Shown: in pieces, positions 54,446 to 64,000 of the stretch
Layout: each line of letters begins with the position of its first letter
Numbering within the stretch: position 1 is the first letter of the stretch
Source: Octopus vulgaris
Taxonomy: Eukaryota
Assembly: GCA_951406725.2 (NCBI GenBank)
Contig: OX597823.1
Span: 101,184,001-101,248,000 of the forward strand
Length of the DNA: 64,000 nt
Reading direction: 5' to 3'
Position numbers and translations under genes: made by a program
Notes under the pieces: generated by a model
The model's input: only the letters and a program-made list of their open reading frames with translations
What the model was told of the DNA's origin: nothing
The model's database searches: none

Positions 54446-55231
54446 TTTCAACTGTGCCTACGATTTGAACACGCAAATGCAGAATAACAGAGACCTACTC
54501 CTCCTCCTCTCTCTCTCTCTCTCTCTCTCTTAGACTCCCCTTCTTCCCCTTCTTTCCCTGTCTATATGTATGTAGTTCTTCATTCAAGCCATTATCTGCC
54601 TTGGCGTAAGTGTAACATACGGACAAAACAGCCAGAAAAACAGGAACGCGTAGAATAATATAAATTATTATACATAAGTGAACAAAGGAACCTTTATACG
54701 AACCAACGTGGACGCCTCAAGCTTAGAACAATTGCAGGAGCATAGAGACCTGCTGAAAAAATGCATCTTTAATTGTTGAGATTCATAAGTATTTAACTTA
54801 TAAATTATACAATTCAATTTCAAAGTTTAAGCATTCTACTTTTTAAATGTGTGTTTTTTTTTCTCTGAAGATTTCGTCAGCGAACGGTTCGAAATTTGAA
54901 TTTGGGCAACATTTCGCACCCATGAGCAATTACATGCTCAACATAATACTCTGCTGTCTTCCTAAACATTCTTCATTTCAATTCTCCAGGACACTCAGAG
55001 TTTTCAGACCATAAATTAGTCACTTCTACTAGATAACCTTGCGAACAACAACTCATTCTTCAAAGTGGGAAAGTCTTTTTCCCGATGACATCAATAGCAG
55101 ACAAAATCTCCTCCCATCCCTCACAACTGACATTTGTAGATACATGCTTACGTGCTCACATCCCGCATACGCGCCAACACGCTCTGAAACGCGTACGTAC
55201 ATACATAGTCATGTAAACTAACACACACAGT

Positions 55232-55467
55232 ACCTATTTCTTTACTACCCAGAAGGGGCTAAACACAGAGAGGACAAACAAGGACAGACAAATGGATTAA
55301 GTCAATTATATCGACCCCAGTGCGTAACTGGTACTTTATTTATCGACCCCGAAAGGATGAAAGGCAAAGTCGACCTCGGCGGAATTTGAACCCAGAACGT
55401 AGCGGCAGACGAAATACGGCTACGCATTTCGCCCGGTGTGCTAACGTTTCTGCCAGCTCGCCGCCTT
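55232..55467 (-). mobile_element. tRNA-derived SINE (family 3)
   Basis: Minus strand GGCGGCGAGCTGGCAGAAACGTTAG...GGGTTCAAATTCC (B box)...GTAGTAAAGAAATA. Confidence 0.75.
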
Positions 55468-56149
55468 CCATCTAACTCACAATACCATCTAACTCTGCTA
55501 TCATTAACCATTCTTAAATGTTAGAAATTGTAACCCACCATCCACCTTCATTCTCATTAACTCAACCAAGTTCGTTCAACCAACGTGTTTGTTTCTGACT
55601 TTCATAATTAGTTCTACTCTAGGATGCATTTCATCTACAACACACAAAACTCACTCTTCTCTTTCTCGATAAACAGAATGATGTTGAAAGCTTGGTCTTT
55701 TCCTTTCCTTGTGGTAACTGCATTTATTTTAATCCCAACATTTGTAGCCGATGCAGGTCCTCACCGATCTTCAGCGGTTCTCGCTTTTATCTCATAATAA
55801 ATTAATCAGTTAAAGAGAAATTTGAACTAGAAGTGGATATATGTAATTTCACCCATATTTATTTGAATGTTTCCTTTAACAACCTCATTTGTGTCCCATT
55901 TATCATTAATCTCTCTCTCCCTGTCTTCCATCTTAATTTCTTTTCAGCATTTCATTACATCCGCTTTTTATTTTCCCAAATTTCCAAATTCCAACCACTG
56001 AATCTTCCTTCGCAATGAGTTATAACAAATCTCCAACTATCTCCCTTTCTACCTCTGTCTTGTTTAAGTTCTAATTCTTAGTATCTTTTCTTGTTCCTTT
56101 CTCTTTTCCTTTTTCTCTTCAATTTCCAAATACTTTCACTCATATCCCA

Positions 56150-56151
<2 letters not shown>

Positions 56152-56235
<84 letters not shown>

Positions 56236-56257
56236 CATCTATCTATTTATCTGTCTA
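56152..56257. repeat. (ATCT)n microsatellite; also at 57570-57666 and 63702-63799
   Basis: Direct observation; brackets both Tx1 copies. Confidence 0.95.
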
Positions 56258-56258
56258 T

Positions 56259-57569
56259 AGGCACGGACGTGCGCCGTGCCGGGCCGGAGCATCCATGACA
56301 ATCTCCATCTGATGCGCTACATCATAGACAGAGTAGTTAAGGAACCTGGCATGGGTGGGGCCCTGATCAATTTGGATCAATCGAAAGCCTTCGATAGGGT
56401 AGACCATCGATACTTGGATGCAGTCCTGAGAGCGGCTGGTTTCGGTCCCGTCTTCCGTGGCTGGATAGCTGCTTTATACAGAGGCATCCGTTCGGTAATT
56501 CGCGTAAATGGACATCTATCGAGACCTTTCGACATTGCACGTTCGCTTCTCGTCGCTTCTATACGTATTGACTCTTGAGCCACTACTGCGGAAGCTGGCG
56601 ACTCTGAGGGGCCTCCCACGAGAATTGGGATGCGGGACGAGCGTGTCTGCATACGCAGACGACGTCACCATCATAGTGACAAGCCACGAGCACAACGAGC
56701 TGGTCGGCGAGACACTGAAAGACTACGAAGCGGTGACAGGAGCGAAAATCAACCGGGAAAAGTCAGTGGGCTTGCGGCTCGGCACATGGAGAAGCAAGCC
56801 CATGCCGTCCACCAGTACCTCCGTCGTGGGACGCTGGACGAACGGCCCGGTTGAGTTACTCGGGGTCTGGTTCGGTCCGGACCTCCAAATGGAGAAGAAC
56901 TGGAACGAGATAACGAGTAGGGTGGTCACTCTCGCCCGGCAATGCGCCGAGAGGAAACTGTCCCTAAGAGGTCGGGTGGAGGTGGCGAACACGTACATCG
57001 CGTCCATCATCAACTACTGCATGACCGTCGTACCTTGTCCCGACCCTACCATCACCAAACTAGAACGCATTCTCTTCCGCTTCTTGTGGAAAGGATGCGT
57101 CCCGATGGTCAGGCGATCCATTTGCTGTCAACACCCGTTAAAAGGAGGGCTGGGCATGCCGTGGTTGATGATGCGCAGACACACGCTGAGACTGCGACAT
57201 CTCCGGCTCTATGTAGACGACGGTGAACAGGTGTGGTCGCCGTTTGTGAGGCACGCTTTCCCGCAGCTCGTCTCCATGACCGAACTGCAGTCGTGGATCA
57301 AAAAGAGGCCGAGGAAGGGCGAATGGCACCGCGAGTGTCGCGTTGCTCTCAAGCAACTTCATATTGACATTTCTGTGATAACGATCCCTATTGATCTATT
57401 TTTTTCCTTTTCCTTTCATTTTTATCCCCCTCCCTTTTTTTCTCCTCTTTCTTTCCTTTTACGATCCCTTTTGATCGAAAACCAAACCCCCTTTTTATCC
57501 CCAAAAGAAAAGCTCTACCTTGTAATTTGTCCTGTCTGTGTGCAGCCATGTGTGGCTAATAAAGAAACA
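56259..57569 (+). mobile_element. 5'-truncated, internally deleted Tx1-clade LINE
   Basis: PGRSIHDNL..NLDQSKAFDRVDH..SAYADDVT..GAKINREKS..GGLGMP; lacks the RQG motif and the ORF2 C-terminus; 3' end GCCATGTGTGGC-TAATAAA then (ATCT)n. Confidence 0.9.
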
Positions 57570-57654
<85 letters not shown>

Positions 57655-57884
57655 GTTTATCTATCTCTCGACATGGACGGACGCTAGTCAAATGGGCTCC
57701 ACGTAAGTTGGTCACTTTGTACGTTGAAAATTGTTTATTGTCAAATATTTTGTGTTTAAAAGTTGTGCAACAACATCCACTGCAAACCTTGATTAATATC
57801 TACACAAAATTTCGCCCTTTGTGGGCAAAATTAAAAAAATTTTCATAGCCTTCGTGGTTTCATTTAGCCATTTTATTTTCAAAA

Positions 57885-60011
57885 ATGGCTACTGGTCACC
57901 ACGAGGCTGAGATGCAAGTCAAGCGTGACGCCGAGACAAAAAAGCAGGATTCCCTGTCAGCATACGCTGAACCTGACAGTTTGAATGCTACTAACACCAC
58001 CACCACTACCACCACCACCACCACCACCATCAGCTTCGACAACAGCAACAACTACAAAACAAAGGTCGCAAGGCCAAGCACCGTCACCGCCACCGATGAT
58101 TCCACCATCAACACCGACACCACCACCATAGCAGCTTCTGCTACGACAACTGCTTCCTCTGCTAACGATACCACTACCAACAACAACAAAACCAAGGTCG
58201 CAAGGCCAATCCCTGTCACCGCAACCAATGATTCTACCATCAACACCGACACCCTCCTTGACAACGCTTCCGACGTTGAGTTCCCCATACTGCTTTCACC
58301 ACAATTTCATAAAGCAGGGGAAATGGGGGAAAACAACACGAACTCAAAAACTGGTAAACAACCCGACTTCACAGTCATCTACTACTACTACAAACGACTC
58401 TGCCACAAACATCACCACCATCACCACCACCTCCACAAAAAAACAATTTCGCGGAAGCCATACGACCGAAAAGAAGAATCCTAAAATTTACTCACCAACT
58501 AATACAAGACACAAAGTCCTTGCTCACCAAAGAAGGCGACACAATGCATTTAAATATTCCACGGAACATCATAGAAGAAACACAAAAGAAGACCCACCAA
58601 AACAAAAAGACCAGAAAGCATACCTAAAGAAAAAATTGAAAAGTGCATCTCTTCCGTGTGGAAATTCCGAAATTATGTGAATTGGGGAAGTAAATTTGCT
58701 ACCGTGCAAGTTCGCTTCCATACGGAAGAACTAGCAAAAAGTTTTCAACCCTTACTCTGCGCACAGACCAGGTAATAATGGTACCTAGCTTCCTTGGGCG
58801 CAGAGTTACGAAAATTACAATAAACAAGGTGCCGCCAGTAGTGAATACCCAGTGGCTGGTATCGGCCATCTGAAGAAGCAAATATTTTAGAAGAAGCAAA
58901 TATTTTAGAAATAGCTGACATTCCAGAGGAAAGCTGGACTGGTAAAAAACTCGAAATATTGCTTCAAATCTCCCAAGAAGCAATAAACAATTTACCAGCC
59001 AGTGTTCAACTGGCAAAAGATAAAAATTGTATGTAGTGGTGGAGGGCAGGAGGCCAAGATGCTATTTATGCAACAGTGAGGCACACCTGAGATATGAATG
59101 CCCAACTGCTGTCAGAAATAGGCAACAGCAACAGCAACCACTCCCCAAACCTGGAAGGAAACCCCTGCTACCTACACCACCTTCAACTCAAAATACAGGA
59201 AAAACAGCGGACGATACAAAAACTGTTTCCCCCTCACCAACCACATGACCAAGAAGAGAATTACTCCGACATCGCAACTAACAAAGGAAACAACATCACC
59301 ACCAACATCAAAAGACAGACCAACACCAACACCAGCACCAAGAACAACAACCAAAAAACAAATAACAATGACGAAAAGACAAATTCTGCCCCTAATACCC
59401 CAACAACACAAACACCACACAAAACAACAACACCTTCTACAAACACACATATAGATACAAACGCTTTGCCTTTACCCCCTTCTGATTCGTCGGACTCGTC
59501 GTCCAACGACGAAAGTTCGACAGAATGGCAAATAGCCACAGGGAGTAAAAGGAAAATACCAAAAAAGCCCACCAAACAAGTAAGTAAAGCAGGGAGATAT
59601 TTAACTCCGGAAAGCATCCCCTTAAACAATAAAAAAAAATCAATGACCCCGAAAAACCACACACACAACTAACAGCAATAGACACGGACAATAAAAAAAC
59701 TAATGGATTACATTGCATCCAACACGAACATCTGCGAAGATGACTTTAAGACAAATAATCATCTGCGCACCACTCCACTGAAACACATAAGAATTGTACA
59801 CATAACACAAACACAACACCATACACTGAAAACCATATTTCCAAATGCAGTAGGGGGGTTTCAAAAACACCTCTCAAAAAAACTATTCAAACACCTCCTC
59901 AAAGACACTACAAAAGATGAAGAAAAAACTGAAACTTTCGAAATGAGTAAGTCACCTTCCCTCTTGCCTCTTGTCTCTTCCAGTGTAGTGTGTGAAACAC
60001 AAATTTCTTAA
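57885..60011 (+). pseudogene. Tx1 ORF1 (gag-like), multiple frameshifts and stops
   Basis: Thr-rich N-terminus; GSKFATVQVRFHTEE (58686), MVPSFLGRRVTKITINKVPP, YVVVEGRRPRCYLCNSEAHLRYECP. Confidence 0.82.
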
Positions 60012-60020
60012 ACGTCAATT

Positions 60021-63000
60021 ATGCTTAAATTAGGTTGTGTGAATGCGTGTGGCTTGGCGTCGGCTTGGAAACAAGGTTACCTTCTAAACGACATCAAGTC
60101 ACTGAACGTGGATATAGTAGCTATCAGTGAAACCAGACTCAGCAAGCCACGGGCCCTCGCGTCCATGTTTGGCGATCAATTCGACATTTATTTTTCTCCC
60201 TGTCTGCCGAACATGGGTGGTGGAGGTACCGCGGTGCTTTTTTGAAAGAGTCTAAATGTAAAAGTTAGAACAATATTCCTAAACCCGTAGGCTGGTTGTC
60301 TTGGACGTGGATGGCAGAAATGAGTGTGCATTCCGTCTGATGGCAGTTTATGCACCGTCCTTAACGGGTTGGGCGGATTTCTTTAGACGTCTAGAGGTTT
60401 TCCTGGGTACGTCTAGACCTTTACTGTTAGTAGGGGATTGGAACGCTACCTTGGACACGCATATAGATTATGTGGGAATGGATAGGAATAGAAGGGGGTG
60501 TAAGTGCCTCAAAGACCTACTCGGACGTTTCCATTTGTCTGACAGGTTACGACTCGACCATCCGAACGTGCCAACGTGGACTTGGACAAACCGCGTCGGA
60601 TCGTCGAGATCTTATCTAGATAGAATTCTATGCAGGACAGCGGATAGGGATAGTGTAGGATGTCCACAATTTAAAATAGTCAGCTACACAGATCACAAAT
60701 TTGTGACGTGTACGCTTGACTTAGATAAGACACATAGACAGGGTCCCGGTTACTGGAAACTGAACACCTCGCTCTTAGCGCGACAGGTTTACAGGAACCG
60801 GATTAGCGAGCTAATTAAGAAGGCGCTGGCGGGAGCCGTCATTAACAACCGCTGGTGGTTCGCCCTGAAAATGACAATAAAATCGGAATCAATTAGGTTT
60901 AGCAAGGAATTAGCGATAGATCGAAATAGAGTAGAGGGAGACCTGGTTAAGAAATTAGAAGAGGCACTTACCACTGGCAGCGCAACCAGCGTGCTGGCTG
61001 CGAGGATGGCCCTCAACCAACACCTCAACGCCAAGCACGAAGGTTGCGTCGTCAGAGCTAACATGCGTGCCTTAAGGAACGAAAGGAACGAAGCCGCGCG
61101 AGAGGCCTGAGTAGCGGAGGCGCAGCGTGGCAACAGAGCCACCATTCGGTCTCTAATAGATCAACAGGGATGCAGTTTACTCGAACCCGAAAGGATGTGT
61201 GAGGCCTTTCAACAGCACTTTGCTCGACTGTTTGGTGCGAGTGGTGGGTCGGAACGCGGGATGGATTTCAGTGCCTACCTGACCGACCTGCCGCGGCCCT
61301 CAGCAAGAGAAGTGGAGTGTTGTGAAAGTCCCATCACAGCCGCTGACGTGCGGGATGCGATGGCGGGCTGCGCGAGGGATAAGTCGCCTGGATTGGATGG
61401 TTTACCCTACGAACTGTATTGTCAAATGCCAGACTTGTTTGGCGACCTCTTGGCATCAGTCTACTGCAACTGGCAACAAAACGGGAGAATCCCCGGTTTC
61501 GTGAGCCGAGGTGCAGTGACGTTGCTGAAGAAAGACCCAAACAAGGGTAATTTTATAGATAATTTCAGGCCCATCACTCTGCTCAACGTAGATTTGAAAA
61601 TTTTGGCCAAACTAATAGCCGAGAGATTGGCGCTTGTCATTGGTAAACTGGTCGACAGGGCGCAAACATGCGCCGTGCCGGGCAGAACCATACATGACAG
61701 CCTCCATCTGATGCGCTACATTGTGGACAGGGTAGTTAAGGATCCTGGCATGGGTCGACCATCGGTACTTGGCGGCCTTCCTCAGGGCGGCTGGCTTCGG
61801 TCCCGTCTTCCGAAGCTGGATCGCTGCCTTGTATAGCGGCATCCGATCGGTGATTCGGGTGAACGGCCACCTGTCGAAACCGTTTGACATCACGCGTTCG
61901 GTCCGTCAGGGGTGTCCCCTGTCGGCGCTTCTGTATTTATTGACTCGAGCCGCTACTGCGGAAGCTGGCGACACTGAGGTGCATCCCACGGGAACTGGGT
62001 TACGGGACGAGCGTGTCGGCATATGCGGACGATGTCACCGTCATAGTGTCGAGTGAAAAACATCCAGATGATAGGTGATACACTAAGAAAATACGAAACG
62101 GTGACGGGAGCGAAGATTAACCCGGAAAAGTCAGTGGGTTTGCTACTCGGCACCTGGAGAAGCAAGCTAATGCCGTCCGACTGCGGCTCAATAGTGGGAC
62201 GCTGGATGGATGGACCAGTTAAATTGCTCAGGGTCTAGTTCAGTCCGGACCTCCAAATGGATAAGAACTGGGACGAGATCACGAGTAGAGTGGTCGCTCT
62301 CAGCCAAACATGGGCCGAGAGAAAGCTATCTCTAAAAGGTCAGACGGAGGTGGCGAACGCGTACATCGCATCCGTCATCGATTACCGCCTGACCGTCGTG
62401 CCTTGTCCCGACGCCACTATCACCAAACTGGAACGCATACTCTTCCGCTTCCTGTGGAAGGGTGGCGTTCCAATGGTGAGGAGGTCCATTTGCTGTCAAT
62501 ATCTGTTGAACGGAGGACTGGGCATGCCGTGGTTGATGATGCACTGAGACTACGACATCTCTGGAACTTCATCGATGGCGGTGAACAGGTGTGGGCGCCG
62601 TTTGTGAGGCGCGCCTTCCCGCAGCTCGTCTCACTGACCGAACTGCAAACGTGGATCAAGAAGAGACCGAAACTGGGCGATTGGCACCAAGAGTGTCGCC
62701 AAGCTCTACAGCAGCTCTGCCGACCGGGGTCAAACTTGTGCAACTTACAAACGACTAAAGCGTTCTATAGAGGACTAGTGGAGAGGAGGTCCGACGACAC
62801 ACTCGGGGCAAACCTGGGCGTCGACGAGAAATTCCTAACCCGACTGTTCAGGACGACGTTCGGGCCGGGGCCTATGGATAACTTCCAGAAATCCCTGGCT
62901 TGGCAATGCTATCGAGACGCACTACCTGTTCGAGAGAAGAGCTACAGGCACGGTTCGAAAACCATCACCGGACCGACCTGCCCGAGATGCGGTCAGAGCG

Positions 63001-63398
63001 ACGAAACCGTTCTGCACGCACTCGTGCAGTGTCCAGATATTTCAGAGCTGTGGACCTTCGTCGAACAGCTGTTGTCGCGTGTAGGACGGGCCCGCTTATC
63101 GGCCAAGTCTATCGTGAATATCGTTCCACCACCTTCCTTTAAACGGGAAGGGAAAACGGTTTTCGTTACGCTGATGGCTATGGCGAAAGAATGTGCGTGG
63201 TGGACGCGTTTGAAAGGACTGCAAACAAACACCTTCCTCTCTGGTCAGTCTCTCGTCAACTTTTTCAGGTACCACTTGAAAAGGAGGATGAGAATAGAGA
63301 GGAAGGCTTTGTCGAACGATTGTTTTAATAAAAAGTGGGTAAAAGTGGCAAAAATGGTCAGTATGAAAGACGACACTATTTTAAGCGTAAATCTGTAA
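60021..63398 (+). pseudogene. Tx1 ORF2 (APE endonuclease / reverse transcriptase), disrupted
   Basis: NACGL, ISETR, VYAPS, GDWN, SYLDRI, TDHK, GYWKLN, KSPGLDGLPYELY, NFRPITLLNVDLKILAK, VRQGCPLS, YADD, CPRCGQSDETVLHALVQC; several stops; LDQSKAFD block deleted at ~61755. Confidence 0.93.
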
Positions 63399-63515
63399 CC
63401 AAAAGAGACAACGAGAGGTAAGGCGACTTACTCATGTGTTCATTTTCGAACTGTCTGAGGTGACCTTGGTCTTTTTTGTAGGTTTTTCTTTCCAGGGCTA
63501 CACCTAAACTGTGAG

Positions 63516-63553
<38 letters not shown>

Positions 63554-63700
63554 TTTTATACCCCACACAACCCACAGATCCCTATTGATCGAACGTTTTT
63601 TTTCTTTGTGTCCCATCCATCCCACCTCGAAAAGAAAAAAACTCTACATTGTATTTCGTCCATTTTTATTGTGTTTAGCCCTGTGTGGCCACAATAATAA

Positions 63701-63800
<100 letters not shown>

Positions 63801-64000
63801 GCTAGCTAGCTAGCTAGCTAGCTATTCATCTTTGCTTTTGTCTCTCCTCTGTCACATTCACTTTTCTTTCTCCCATTCTTATATATGAGTGTTTCATTAT
63901 AGTTTGGCTCTCTTATCTCGCTCCCACACACACACTTTCTCTCACTTTCTCGCTTTTTACCCATAACTTTTTTCTCTCTCCCCCATGCTCTTTGTCTTGT

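Noticed and set aside
57885-58484. Mucin-like Thr-rich host protein
   Set aside because: Low-complexity N-terminus of Tx1 ORF1.

Overview
AT-rich, microsatellite-dense eukaryotic DNA with no recognisable host gene. The SINE and microsatellite make-up suggests an octopus or other cephalopod (inference). Nearly everything identifiable is transposon-derived. (1) Positions 1-6380 (minus strand) are a head-to-tail array of ~2-kb elements encoding only a gag-like ORF1 with a CCHC knuckle. That ORF1 is homologous to ORF1 of the full-length Tx1-clade LINE at 57668-63701, and both share a 3' stem-loop. The array abuts a cut tRNA-SINE head, and a near copy of that SINE motif sits at each junction, suggesting SINE-targeted 'half-Tx1' elements. 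(2) Many Penelope-like (PLE) remnants lie in (TA)n, with about 13 intact or degenerate minimal hammerhead ribozyme motifs from several families and repeated fold-back structures, including a 1.3-kb inverted repeat around a GIY-YIG ORF. (3) A near-complete Crypton-type (DUF3504) tyrosine-recombinase element with a terminal hairpin. (4) Two Tx1 copies in (ATCT)n, RTE copies with three C2H2 fingers in (ATGT)n, a Dong/R4-like fragment in (TAA)n, CR1-group LINEs, a solo LTR with a 4-bp TSD, Helitron, hAT, maT and Tigger remnants, and several SINEs. All calls were made by eye, and boundaries may be off by a few bases.
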